Shown here: positions 26,943 to 41,657 of the stretch, one piece after another | Layout: each line of letters begins with the position of its first letter | Position numbering within the stretch: position 1 is the first letter of the stretch | Position numbers and translations under genes: made by a program | The notes under the pieces: generated by a model | Databases searched by the model: none | Told to the model about the DNA's origin: nothing | What the model saw: the letters and a program-made list of their open reading frames with translations, nothing else | Source: Octopus vulgaris | Taxonomy: Eukaryota | Length of the DNA stretch: 64,000 nt | Assembly: GCA_951406725.2 (NCBI GenBank) | Contig: OX597824.1 | Span: 43,586,001 to 43,650,000, forward strand | Direction: 5' to 3'

Positions 26943-27041
26943 ACCAATACTTGCACACACCAAACAAATCACACTAACAAAAATACAATCATACAAATCC
27001 TCACACACAAATATTGTGTGACGCTAGTACGTTGATATATT

Positions 27042-27089
<48 letters not shown>

Positions 27090-27659
27090 CAGCAGCAGCA
27101 ACAGAAGTAGCAGTAGCAATAGCAGTTAGGGCAGAACAAAAAAAATCGCAGTCTCAGTATCAGATTTGTTAATCTTATTACTGAACTATTACAAGAAAAT
27201 AGATTATATATTAATCCTCTTGCTTACTTAAACAATATCTTCTCTACACATACATATATGTGCGTGTGTGTGTGTGCGCGTGCGTGTGTGTGTGTGTGCA
27301 TGTTTATATAGTTTGTATATGTATATAGACGTAAATATATACACACATATCTATATGTACTATATATAAGCACCTATATATGTTTGTGTTTATAAACATG
27401 TATGTGTGTATATGCGTATGGCTGTATGTCTACGTACACGTGTGTATGTTATGTATGTGTATCTGTATATAGAATTTATTCATTTATCTAGTTAGATACT
27501 TAGTATTTTTGTTATTACTTTTTGTTATTAGTAATCGGATAAAAATTTTGTAGCAAGTCAGTGATATTGTTACATGTATTCTGTGTTAAAGACTGTAATA
27601 GTCTTATGTGTACGTTATGCGTATGCATACATAAATTCAGGAAAAAACACTTGTCTTCC

Positions 27660-27784
27660 TGTTTAAATAATTTGACCTAAGCATCACCATCAACACTCAC
27701 CTTGAAAAAAGTAGACTGCTGAGACGTCACCTTGAAGCTTAGCAAGTTCCAGTATTCACCTTACAGAAAATCCAACGCAGCCCT

Positions 27785-27829
<45 letters not shown>

Positions 27830-28500
27830 TCACCAACCAATCATCAACCCACCTACCATCACTGGAAACCGATCCAGAAACATTTCGCTTTTCTCTAGAC
27901 GTTCACGTAACGAAGCTTACTTCAACAAAAACTTCCACATGCAAAAGTGTTTTAAAACACATCGGTTTTTAAAACAAGATACACGGCATGATAATAGGTA
28001 AAACAAACAATGTGGTATAACTCACTGTTCAGCTTAAGAAGTAATTACACGAAATCTGAATCCTAGACTTGTTAAAATACATTTCCCAATCAAACACCTC
28101 TCCATCTTCAATACAAAGTCTTTCATATTTTGCAATTTACATCTCCCAAATTTGTCCAAACACTATCAAAGATCAATCTTTAAAATCCATCAACTCATGC
28201 AACTTTCGCCATCCACAAAACTATCTTCCTGGAAATAAATGCCTACAAAAAGACATCTCGTAACAACAAACTTCCCTGAAAACCACTGCAACAGGGTAGC
28301 TTCAAACTACAAATGGAACATCCTAATATACACTGCATTCCATCGCACAAAACATCATTGCCAGATCTGACTCATACAAACCGGTTCACAAATTTTGTCT
28401 CCTTTCTATCCGATAAAAAAGCACTCTATCCGATAAAAAAAGCAACAGCCCAAACCTTAAAAACGAAATAGTCTCTTTTTGTAGATATAGAAACACTTAA
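27660..28500 (+). pseudogene. Penelope-like retroelement remnant (RT C-terminus to GIY-YIG region)
   Basis: Motifs across frames in expected order: DVTLKLSKFQYSPYRKSN..LQYI, NHQP, MWYNSLFSL, RLVKIHFPIKHLSIFN, YKWNIL, KNEIVSFCRYRN. Confidence 0.72.
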
Positions 28501-30052
28501 CAAAAACATCAATTACGCACACCGTTATTATAAAACTAGCAAAGACCCAGCAACACAAACGTTTGTTTTTCTTTATCTTCACGGTTTGAATCTACAACGT
28601 AAACAAACGTTACTATACTTGTAAGCAGTTGTCTCTACATGCATTTACATCTGTGTATATATTTATAGGTAAAATTATGTATTCTCATTCATGTATGTGT
28701 ATTTCAAACGTACAAATATACAGTCTGACCACTAATAAGGACCTGTTCGCTACATTAAAGTAGATATCAATATCCGTATCCATATGATGCACGTAACTGT
28801 ATAACTGTGGGTATATACGTGTACCTGTATGAATGCATACATCATCCATGAGGGGAGGGTGTCTTAACGGAAAAAAAAGCAAAAATTTCAAATCTTCTAA
28901 CTACCTTTCTAATATCTTCCTACTGGTATGTTACTGGTTTACCACTTGCTCCCGACTGCCTTCCCACTGGCCTTCGACTGATTTCCTACTAGCTCAATAC
29001 TTACTTTACACCGGCCTTCTTTGAGACATTAGGACTTATGTGATTAACCATAATCATTGGCTTTTTACTGTTTTGAAAAGTCACATGTAGAATTTCCTTT
29101 TCACTGCTATACTGTCATCGTATGATTCAAATATATCTATGCTTATTTCACCATACAACGTTGTCGGAATAAAATTCGTTGAATCCGGGCTGCTTTATAA
29201 CTTCAGTTCAGTAACGCAACCTAATGAAACACTTGCAAGCCAAAGATGGTGGTTTACGCTTTACATGATGGCTCGACCTTTTACAAATAGCAGCCATATG
29301 CACCTTATGTATCGCCATAGAAAAGCAGGATTCATTCATGTAGTCGTAAGTGAACTATGCATAGGAAAAATATGAAAAATACATAACCAATGAGTGTTCA
29401 ATATTTTCGCATTTTAGACGTCTAATGGTGAATGTTTTATAAACAGTGAAGTTCGCCTCAGTTGAACTCCTGACGACGTCCTTGAGGAATCCTTTGAACA
29501 TAGATCTGCTCGATCAGACATGATTTGGTGCTAAACAGCAACAATAACGACTTAACGTGTTCGAAAACTTGTTACGTGGGTGTTGTTATTGTTGCTATTG
29601 TTGAACATAAAATGTTAGCTATATATGCCAGAAGTTCAATATCCGATCCAGGCTATCATTGCCATTCTATTGTTTAAAATGATTGCTTGCACTTTATCAC
29701 GTAAAAATAGATTATCGTATAGCAATGTAGGTAACAAATTGCCTCGCCTCTGCATACATATAGTGAGAGTAAGAGAAAGAAGGAGCGATCGGGATAGATG
29801 ACAGACAGACAGACTGACAGAAAAGCAGAGAGAGGGAGATCGGCATATTTGGCAGAATAATTACATCGGATAAAATGCAATGCGGTGTTTATTGCTGCTC
29901 AGCGCTTTGAGTTCAAATACCAGAGAAGTCAACTTTTAGTTTTATCTCTCTGGATTGAAAAAAATAACTATCAGTCAAGTACTATAGTCTATTCTTCTCT
30001 CTCTCTCCCTCCCTTCCTCTCTCTATTTCTCCTCTCTCTGTGTCTCCCTCCC

Positions 30053-30097
<45 letters not shown>

Positions 30098-30844
30098 CGG
30101 CTACCCTCACAACGTCGAAAAATTGTCGGTAACCACTCCATGTTGTGTCCCTTTCTGCAGAGTTGGCGAAAGGTTGAGCGAAGTGTCGCAATCTCATAGA
30201 AAAACTGATAAATGCTACCGGCTGTGCAGTGCAGTACGGAACGTAATTAAGATAAAATACACACACACATATAAACCTTGAATTATGTAAATCTCAAGTA
30301 ATTGTGCATATATGTGTGTGTGTGCAAATGTGAACGTGTAGAGACGAAACGGGTTCATGTGGTGTGTAAGTGTAAGGGTGTATCTTCAGTCGATTGCTTT
30401 TGCAAATACGGTGCAACACAACTACCTACATATCAGTGCCACGTGATATAGCTTAAAACCAATGATCAGTCGAGGATTTCTGGCGCTATAATGGTTGTTG
30501 CACATTCTATCAGTACGGTTAAAGCAAACCTAATGGTGTATTGGAGAGATATGGAGAATATCTTGGATAGTTACTTGTTTAGTTTGCTTGCTTAGAAATA
30601 TGGTTATTAGCTGTCTGTCAGTTGGTTGATTACTTGATTCAGTTATTGGGTAGTGCAGAGGTTATGAAAAAGTGCTTTCCTCTGTACTGCGGATTGTTGA
30701 AGTAAAGTACAATCCACACATACATACCTACCTACATACATACAAGCTCTATGTATGTGTGTGTGTGCACGCGCGCGCATGTGGAGTGTATACGTGTATA
30801 TATATGCATCTCTCTCTCTCTCTCTCTCTCTGTCTCTGTCTGTC

Positions 30845-30899
<55 letters not shown>

Positions 30900-31747
30900 A
30901 TGTGTATAATTAGATAGATTATATATATTGAAGCGTATTTATATTGTTTTATATACATTATATATATATATATATTCATGTATTGTGGATGTGCTTGTAT
31001 GCCTTTCTCTCCATCACAAATATATGTGTCTGTGCTGGTGTGCGTATACTACATATATCAATACCAACATAAAATAGCAATTGCAAATGACTGAATCTGA
31101 TTCCTGTTGATCTAGTTCAGTTTTCCTCATCAACAAGTCTCTCTCCCTTCCTTTCTCTCAACTCTCTCCCCTCCCTCGCACAAACACGCACGTACGCACG
31201 CGCGCGTGCACACACTGGTTCGCTCTTTTTCCCTCATTCCACATTCTCTCTCTCTCTCTCCAAAGCTCTTCCTCTCACTTACTTTCCACTGCACATTACA
31301 ATAGTAACAGCCACAAGCCTGTGTTCCTAACAGCAATAGTAGTCCGATCATATTCATCGGAATAAACGTGTTCTGCGGGGTCGGTTATTTTAATCGCTTC
31401 ACACCCTTTACTGCTTGTTATCCTCATCCCTTCTGTTCTTTATCTCTTTATGATGATAATATATATATATTATATATTAATGTGTATATGTACAGTAAGA
31501 ATGTATAATATATATATGTGTGTGTATGTGCGCGCGCGCGCGTGTGTGTCTATGTCTGTGAGTGTGTGTCTATGTCTGTGAGTGTGTATGTATATATATA
31601 TATTAATACGTACAGGAGGAATGTATAATTTATACATATAATACATCTATGTATATATATATGTATATATATATATATATATATACACTCACACACACAC
31701 ATGCATATCTGTATACGTGCCTGTACACATGTACATAAACATTGTGC

Positions 31748-31784
<37 letters not shown>

Positions 31785-31809
31785 TATATATATGTGTCTA
31801 TGTGTATGC

Positions 31810-31859
<50 letters not shown>

Positions 31860-32717
31860 GAGAGAGAGAGAGGGAGAGAGGGATCACATACATGCGTGTA
31901 TTTCGATAGAGAGAAAAAGAAAGAAAGAAAGAAAGGAAGAAAGGAAGGAAGGAAAAGAAAGAACGAAAAAAAGATAGATGGAGGGAGGGAGGGAGGGATG
32001 GTTGGATGGATGGATGGATGGATGGATGGATGGATGGATGGATGGATGGATAGGTGTGTGGGTGGATATACGCATGAATGTGCACATTACATCCACATAA
32101 TGAGAAAATGTGAACTACTACCCGATATCACAATCAAACTAAATGAACGGTCGTTATTACGTATTTGGGCACATGAGGATCTCGTTCTTGAATGCGCTAG
32201 TTTGTATAGCCACCTCTACTTAGCCGACCACTAGAGCACATCAAACTTCAAAAATCACTACTAATGCTACTTCCTCTTTACGGTTTCACCTACTTCTTTT
32301 TCATCTACCTCTTGGTTTTCATCTACTTTCAAATTACCAAATTGGTCTGCTAGAACTATTCTTGGAGAAGCGCACTGAAATAAGCGCTATTTTCACCAAG
32401 ATTCTTGCTAAAATAGAAGCACCCCGCTGCTGTTGGATGAGTCTATTAACATATTCCTCTTCTATTCTGCAGCCATATAGACAAATATGTATACATATTC
32501 TCCTCTTTTGCATTGTCCAATGCAATATATACATAGAAAGACGCACTGACAGGCAGGCAAGCAGACTAGTAGCAGACAGATAGATGGTTAGATTGACTGA
32601 TTGGTTGATACAAACAAGAGAACGATGCACTCAATACTCGGAGTATTATTCATATATACACTCATAAACATTTACATACATACACATGGCTGAGTGGGTT
32701 TTTGGTACTTCGATGGC

Positions 32718-32811
<94 letters not shown>

Positions 32812-32839
32812 GTGCTTAATATTTTGCGAAACTAGGACA

Positions 32840-33050
32840 GCAAGTTGACAGAATCGTTACCGCGCCGGACAAAATGCTTAGTGGCATTTCTTCCGACTTT
32901 ACCTTCTAAGTTCAAATGCCGTCGGGGTCGACTTTACTTTTCATCCTTTCAGGGTCGATAAAATAAGTACCAGTTGAACACAGGGATTCGATGTAATCAA
33001 CTTACTCCTTTCCGTCGAAATTGCTGGCCTTGTGTCAAAATTTGAAGCCA
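32840..33050 (+). mobile_element. SINE family A
   Basis: Core gtcgactttactttcatcctttcagggtcgataaaataagtaccag. Confidence 0.85.
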
Positions 33051-33195
33051 ATATTTTACAAAACTGAATTCTTGATATACGTATTGATACCAGCTACACG
33101 GTTTATTCAACTAGGTCTTAATTTTTGCTTTCGTCAATATTATTTTACTCTGTTGTGAAATATTCGTTTTACTTTACCTTGTGCATGTACATATA

Positions 33196-33229
<34 letters not shown>

Positions 33230-33453
33230 GATGGATGGATGGATGGATGGATCTTCTCTAGATATTCCAGCTATGACTTGCCAATCTTTTCTCGGGCATA
33301 GTGTTACTAGGATTGCATTAGCCTATGTGTCCCATCGTTTTCAAAAGGACAAGTGGTAACTTGAGGAAGATTTGGTTGTTATTTTTCACCATATAGAGAC
33401 GCCTTCGTAGTCTCGAAACATGCATATTCAGTTGACCCCCTTTTTTCCCTCCC

Positions 33454-33504
<51 letters not shown>

Positions 33505-34974
33505 TCTCTCTCTTTCTCTCATGCTCTTCATTCTTTTCATTTTTGACCATCTTATTTCTTCTTTTCTTTTCCTTCCCCCGCTCATTTCTAACTCTTTCCT
33601 TCATTACCCTCTTTCATTGTTACGCTCCTTGATTCTTTCATTCTTCCCTTACTTCCTTCCTTCATTCTTTCTTTCCTTTTCTCTTCCTTTCAATTTTTTC
33701 TCCGCTGCTTAATCGGTCCGTATACTTACATCAACCAACCTCTATAATATAACCTACCTATTTATCGCATTCTACGTTCACCTCATCTATTCAGCTACCT
33801 AACTACCTACCTACTTACGTCCTTACATCTCTTACCGTCCCACTTCCATACGATGAAATAATGTAAAAAGAAAAAAAAGCAAACATATGAATAAAGTGAA
33901 ATAAAAAAAAATTGTAATATCTACTCATTTTTACTTTCACTTTCACTAAGCTTTTTCCAACTGATATTTTTAATGTTGCAATTATTTCTCTGGAAATTTC
34001 TTTCAATGAGCGCATATTTAGAGATTATGAAGAAAAAGAAAATGGGTTAATTATCAATGATGTTGCTGTTGCTGATCATACTGCTATTGTTGACGTGGTT
34101 GTCGTTGTCGTCATCGTTTCTTTATCATCGACGCCGTCGTTTACCTGTAGACTGCTGCTGATGTAATGTTAATGCTACTACTACAACTACTACTACTACT
34201 ATTTCTGCCAATACTGATTTTTTTATCATGATATTTCTCACCCTCCCTCTCATTTACGTTTCAACATGCACACACAGAATTCTGGTGATATAATAAGCAC
34301 AATATTACACTTACATATATACATACATACAGACTCTCACACACACACACACATAGATACATACATACGTTTTGCATAAATGCACACACTACTACTACAA
34401 CTGTAACCCTCTCCCACAGCTTCAACTAAAGCTGTTACTAAAACAGCTACTACTTTAAGTACTACCACCTCTACAACTACTATTACTACTTCTTTTAATG
34501 CTACTACTGTCACCACAACCACTGCGTTTACTATAGTCATTGCCACTATTAGTATATCACAGCAAATACCAATGCCACTACCTTCACTACTACTACTACT
34601 AGAACCACTACTAATACAACCACTACCATTTATTGTACCTCTCATTACTCATACTACTATTTCCCTTGCGTATTTGTTTCATCCTTTTATCATTCGAATA
34701 AGACAGTGGTAGAAGAAGAGGGGCAGAAAGTGTCTGACGTCATTAATAGCAAATGAAAATATATAACCAACCTACCAACCAGCTAACCAACCGAGTTACC
34801 AACCAACCAACCAGGCAACCAACCAGCCAACCAACATGTCATCTGTCTACCCATCACTAGTTCTACCCATACCCCAGCGTTGATTTTGTTATTTTACTGT
34901 TGAATCATATTTCTTTTTTGTGTGAGTGTGTTACTAATGTTTTAGTTGATATAAAAGGATGCTTTCCTATTTCC

Positions 34975-35008
<34 letters not shown>

Positions 35009-35715
35009 ACTCACAGATGAAACATATTACAGATAGATACATACATAAATAATGTGTGTGTATAGATTTTTATGGCTACACATACACGCACACACACACA
35101 CACCTACACGCAGAGGCACGCACACTTCATGCTAACGTATGTGTGAACACACTGAGAGGGTGTATACGTAATACGTACACACATACTTAACTGCAAACGA
35201 AATATCTATACTAGTGTGAAAAACGAAAATACATACAAACATATACACTTATCACACGTAAATATGTGGTGCGTATGTGCAGGTATATGCAAATAGGGAC
35301 ACACAACATAATATACCTTAATACATTTGACATACAATGCCTGTATGTATTGGTGTGTCTGTATGTATTTATAAAAATTCCGCCTGTGTGAATGGGTATA
35401 AGTCTGTAGTTATTGATGTTTAATATCTTAAAATCGAATTCCACACATTTTGAAGTGTAGTTAAATATGGCACAATATCAGCTTCTAGTTGCATCATATT
35501 TGCAACACATAACAACTCCTCCTACGCCGCACTACTGTCTCAACAACCAACTTTGTTTATACAAAAAAAATGGATTACTTTGGATCCCTACAGGAATGTT
35601 TGAAACTACAGCTAAAGAACAGAAGTTTGTGTGTGTGTCTGTCTGTGTGTGTGTCTGTGTGTGCGCGCGCGTATATGTATGTGTGATATATGTACATATG
35701 TATATGTAATATATA

Positions 35716-35992
35716 CAGTGGCGGACTGGGTCTAAAAATATTGGTTGCCAGGAGACTAAGGGGGGTGGGGCCATCCGCAACTACAATGCTATCATTTAAT
35801 TTTTTTTTTTTTGTTAAAAGTATTGTTTTCAACTGTCTACAAACACAGCCAGGCTGAAATAATACATTCTTCCAGAATAAAAATATTCTCAAAGTTAGAT
35901 AGATACTAACATGGGCCCCCATATATGGATTCTAATGGCGCAGGGGCCCACTTGCCATCGGGCAAGCTGGCAACTTGGCCAGTCCACCACTG
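35716..35992. mobile_element. hAT-family MITE (277 bp)
   Basis: TIRs CAGTGGCGGACTGG and CCAGTCCACCACTG (13/14); 8-bp TSD aatatata and attatata (7/8). Confidence 0.85.
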
Positions 35993-36255
35993 ATTATATA
36001 TGACATATATATATGATCTATATATATGTTATACGTAGTGTGCGTGTGTGTGTGTGTATTTATATATAAATATACGTGTGTGTATGTGGGTGTGTACGTG
36101 ATTATGCGCGCGTGCGCGTATGTGTTTAAAGTATGTGTGATATATGTACATATATATGTGTATAATATATGACATTTTATATGATATACATATAATATAT
36201 GACATATATATGATATACATATGTGCGTGTATGTGTGTGTATTTATATATAAATA

Positions 36256-36314
<59 letters not shown>

Positions 36315-36389
36315 ACGTGTGCGGTACTTCAACGCTATCAATACTTATTTTTATGTTGTTGCCTGACTTAATCGAATTGCTGCAGAATA

Positions 36390-36790
36390 TCATTAATAAT
36401 ATCGCATTTGTTACAGCTTACAATATCACTGTTGTTATTAACATCGCTATAGCTATGACGAACAATAAATACTACGGTTGCTATGATTAACACTATCACT
36501 AGTTATGACTAACAATATCACGCTTGTTATTACTAGCAATATCATGGTGGTTACGATTAAATGATACCACTGATTAACGCTATTACATATTGACTCTAAT
36601 AATATCACTGTTGGTTAATATGATTAACACAATCATCGTTGACTGTCGCTATAACTATAGCAATATCACTATTGGTTGTTATGTATCAATGTCGCTATGA
36701 CTAATAAAATCACTATTCTTATGACTAACAATATCGTTGTTATGGCAAATAATATTGCTATTGTCATGACTAACAATATTAGTGCTGTTG
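36390..36790. repeat. Degenerate minisatellite with ~24-bp unit (aacaatatcactgttgttatgact)
   Basis: Recurrent caatatcac and atgactaac motifs over about 400 bp. Confidence 0.7.
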
Positions 36791-38899
36791 TGCAAGTTAG
36801 CAGTGATGGTCAATACTTTCCTTAACGTAAAATCATAATCCCAAATGTATTAAAGCAACTACCACTCTAATGATAATTCAACGAAGGAGTCTATCCGGTT
36901 GCTCGATCTAGCAACAACAACTGAATTTCCATTAACTCACTCCCTACAATATTTAAAAAGAATATATACATTGAACAATAATCTCCTAGAGGTTTTGTCG
37001 TAGCTGAAATACGTTTGATTATATTTCTTCTCAATCACATGTTAATACTATTATTACTAACACTCTAAAAGCATTATGTGGAACCTTCACAGCGAAAATA
37101 TCTGTGCCACCATCGCCCCTTCTGCTATCGATGTCGCCATCATCTGAACCAGGGAAGTTGTCCCTCATATACATACTATGTTAAAGATATTCAAATTGAT
37201 AGACACTTATGAAAAGAACATTTTCACACAAACACGCTCATATCAACATGCACACATGAGAAGAACGTTCTCATCACACTGACACATAAGACATATATGT
37301 ATAAACACATACTCGTTGCTTTTTGTTTAGTTTTGTTTTTTGTTTGTTTTTTTGTTTTTGTTTTTTACTAACAACTCTTAAATCATGTTGCTTTATATGA
37401 CGTTGTGAATTGTTATATGTTCATTTACTGTGCTACACTGTCTTTTGCTACAAATCATTGAACATTTGTCAACTCCACCTTATTAATGAAGGGAGTAAAA
37501 GAGGCTATTCATATTTATATCCGTTGTTATTCCTGATTTAAGATAATGAACCAACGATCAGGTACTGAAACTTAGCCTAATCTAAATCCATGTCCTCAAT
37601 TCTGTGCGAATGCATTAACATTATCTAACTGTATCTTGGTACCGTTGCTAAAATATAGCCGTCAGTCAAAGGAATGTAGAATGTTAACAGAGGTTAGGCT
37701 TTTTACCACTGAACAAAGTACTTCCTCGAGAGAATGTTCATTCTTTGCATCTTCATTGTAATTATGAATCGATATATGCATATAAAAACATAAAAAGATG
37801 ATGCTGTTTCAACAGCATCATAAGAAGACCATTCCTTCATTAATAAACAGCTGGTATTCTGTTGTGAAGAGGAAAATTAAAATTGAAATTGAGTAATATT
37901 TTTTAAGTTCGTGACTTTTCCAATGTTTAGACAAGTACTTACTTGCTTAAGACATCCAACAAACACGTAAACAAATATAAAACTAAGGAGAGAAAGCATC
38001 TACATGACCATTTAACCTGCAAGAAATCATTGCCAAAACTCTCTGAAATCTCGCCATACTGCCTTTTAAAATGTGTGGACACAGATGTGTTTATTCGTAA
38101 AAGAAATACGATGTGGTCACGGCAAAACACCTTCGAACATAGGTCTACTCGATTAGAGCAAACTCAGTTAAGGTGATATTATAAAATTATGTTTACAAAA
38201 TTAGGTTGTATCGATCTAAATATTACTGGGATTTTATCATATTTAAGTTTAATAGCTCAGAAGATCGTTAATGTTACAGAAAACAAAAACAAAAAAACAA
38301 TTATTCATTAAATGTCTAGCATAAAAAAACACAGGCTTACCACCCTTAACACACCGAAGCGCAGTGAATCAGAATTAAGAAGACGCTTATGGTCAAGCTA
38401 ACACAAGATACAACAGAGCGACTAACGAGAATCATCACGTCTAAAGTAAATTAGAAAGTGTGTGTAGGGGGTGCGCGTGCGTGCGTGTGTCTGTTTGTCT
38501 GTCTGTCTGTCTGTGTGCTTCTGTGTTTTGATTAGTCAAAAGGAAAATGTAATACTCATGATCCTTTTAAAGAATTTCGCGACTGATTGGAGGGCGGGAT
38601 GAAGATATCATTAAACTAGGCTGTCTCGATGATTGCAATAGAATGAACCCCACCAAATGCACCTGACGATCAGGTGGCCGTATTAAATTGGGTATCGGAT
38701 TAAGTTCAACACCCAAGTAGGCTACACCGGGATTTGAGCTTAGTATGTAGACAGCGGAAACAAATACAGCGAGGTAATTCATCCCAAACAATGTGCATGT
38801 ATGTGTGTAAAAAATAATCTAAAAACTAATAAAGCTATTTTAAAGTATCGTGATTTTATTTTTGTTTTTTGTAAATAAGAGTGGGTGGGATATATATAT

Positions 38900-40314
38900 T
38901 ACAAGATTAAGTCAAAGATTGTTCGCACTTTTGTATCTATAATTTGGTTTCAAATTTTTAGCACAAGGCCAGTAATTTGGAGAGAAGGGTTACATCGATT
39001 ATATGGACACTACACAACTGGTTCTTATTTTATCGAACCTGACCGGATGAAAGGCAAAGTTGACCTTGACAGAATTTGAACTCAGAACATAAAGACGGAC
39101 ATTTTGCCCGACGTCTTAACGATTCTGTCAGTTCACCACCTTTCTTATTCTGTAATTGATTAAAACAAAAGCAAGGATTGAACAGTTACATCATTTTCAA
39201 CGTAGTCTCCTGGTTTTTCGATGCACTTCTTCCAGTGGTTCACAAAGCTTGTTTATTCTATCGGAAATTTTCGGCTGGTCGTGCAGCCATTTATGCACCG
39301 CTCCTTGCGCTTCTTCGTCCATAGCAAATCTATAACTTCGTAAAGGATGTTTGAGAGATCCAAACTAGTGATAGTCAGAAGGGGCTGTATGTAGAGTGTT
39401 CCAGCAACCCGAAACCCAGTTTATAAATAGCTTCAGCGGTGTGGACACCGCGTGTGAGCTTGCATTGCCGTGAAACAAAAACACTTACTTTAACCTTGGC
39501 ATATGGCACGAATTACTGGTTTCAGTTTGTTGGCCAGCATTTCACTATAGAGCCAGGATATGTTCCAATGTAGACAGTTTTGCGTCCCAAAAAACGGTTA
39601 GCATCACTTTTTCTGTGATAGGTTGAGTCTTGAATTTCTCTTCCACTGGCGATTCCGCATGTTTCCTTTTAGAATCTGGCTCAAAGTGACGGACCCAGGT
39701 CTCATTTCCTGTAACTTTTCTCTTCAAAAAAGCTTCACCTTAATCGTTGTAGCGGTCGAGTAAGCGTTAACAGATTTCCACACTATTGCGCTTATGCACC
39801 TCAGTAATCTCTCTTGGCACACATCACGCACAGATTTTACAGAAGCGAAACAGAACAAACTCGTACGCAATGAACCAAACTAATTTTGTGAGAACATGCC
39901 ACTTTATTGATGGTCACCCATAGGTTCCCCAGAGCCATCTCTCGAGCTTGAGGAAACTTCAAGTCAGTTATGGGAGTTGATAGGCTTCTTCTTCGTGCTT
40001 CTCGCTTGTTCGTCCATTTTTAAACTCCTCAATCCATTTTTACACACTTCTACATGGTACAGCGTTGTCCCTGTATTGTACTGAAAGCCTGCGATGAATT
40101 TCAGTCCTAACACACTTTCATACCAGAGAACTCAGTTCACTGATTTCTGTTCTTCCTTGGTGCACACTGCCAGTGGAGCGGCCAAGTGTATTCTGTAATA
40201 CAAGAAAACTGAAGTAATCAAGGTCAAACATCGATCACACGAATACCGCGTTTTAGCTGAAGGCAGTGCGGCCACTTAAAAGAGAGTGCGGATAACTTTT
40301 GACTCACCAATTTA
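38900..40314 (-). mobile_element. Decayed near-full-length mariner transposon with a SINE insertion (about 38940-39143)
   Basis: VTGNETWVRHFEP, KVMLTVFWD and EHSTYSP-SDYH*FGSLK motifs; degenerate TIRs agtcaaagattgttcgcact and agtgcggataacttttgact. Confidence 0.85.
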
Positions 40315-41011
40315 TATATACATAATGTCTGTATGTATAAACCTATATGTGTATATACATGTGTGTATACATGTGTATATATATATAGTGCTTGTATGTA
40401 TAAACCTACATGTATGTGCATGTTATATATATATATATGCGTCTGTACACACACATAAAATTACATACGCACACACTGAACGAGCTTCCGCACAGTATCC
40501 TTCATCCCGAGGTAGTGTAATCGAAGACTGAACCTCGTGGTTAAGAAGTGAACATACATGTACGCACGGGAATGCACATACATATATATATTGATCTATC
40601 GACGTATTGATCATCAAAATACTCGACTTATCGAACAGTTTCTAAACCGTTTTTGTAAAGACCCGACCTGCTCAACAAGAAAATATCGCAAAACATGGCT
40701 TTGTGCACAAAAACAATTGAGTTCTGTCGTGTTTCTTTGGGGGCTGGTATACATCCATTGTAATAACCACCACACCTGTCGGTCGCGCAGCTGTCTCCCT
40801 ATCTTTCTTTTCTTTCTCTCTCCCTCGTTCTCTTACATTTTCTATTTTTCCATTGTTCTGTTTTCCTATCTCCTTCTTCTATTATCCTTTCTCTTTCATT
40901 CTTTTCTTTCTAACTGTCTACTTATCTATGTATCTAATTACCTGGCCATCTCTTCGGCTCTACTTTTTCTCCTACATTTTCACCCACTAACGTTTACCCA
41001 TTCTTTCCCTC

Positions 41012-41078
<67 letters not shown>

Positions 41079-41588
41079 GCAACACTCACACATACACATA
41101 TTTTAGATCTAGATCCCTCCCCACTTAAGAAATAAATTGCTTTCTTTCCTTCGTTTTCTCTTCCCTTTCAATATCTTCCTTTTTCTTTACTAGCCCCTTT
41201 CTTTTCCCTTCTTTTAACTTTATTTGTTGTTCATAACGTTTATTACACTTGTCCTGTTTCTATCATTTTTTCCTAAATATGTAGGATTAGATTTTTTTTT
41301 CTAATATGCAGCAAATAGCTTTTCTTAAATTTTCGATCCTCTCTTTTCAACCTACCAACGCTGTAGTTTCTTCTCTATTCCCTTACACACCTTCTTATCA
41401 TTTAACTTTTTCTCATTCCCTTCATTTTCTAATTTTTTCTCTCTTTCTACTCATTAATCAATGAATATTTTTGCCTCTTTATGCCTGTCAGTCTTTATCA
41501 AATTATCTAGTTTTCCCTGTCTAGTAATTTATTTATACATATAACTAAATTTATATATTTATCTGTTCATTAAATTCTCTATCTCATT

Positions 41589-41657
<69 letters not shown>

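Noticed and set aside
34337-34645. Val/Ser-rich ORF resembling a membrane or mucin-like protein
   Set aside because: Derived from degenerate (ACT)n/(CTA)n triplet sequence with no splice or domain support.
36390-36790. CRISPR-like repeat-spacer array
   Set aside because: The units are degenerate and contiguous with no unique spacers or cas genes, in a eukaryotic context.
37480-37846. 13-bp inverted match ttattaatgaagg/ccttcattaataa as MITE ends
   Set aside because: Short and AT-rich, with no TSD or second copy in the window.
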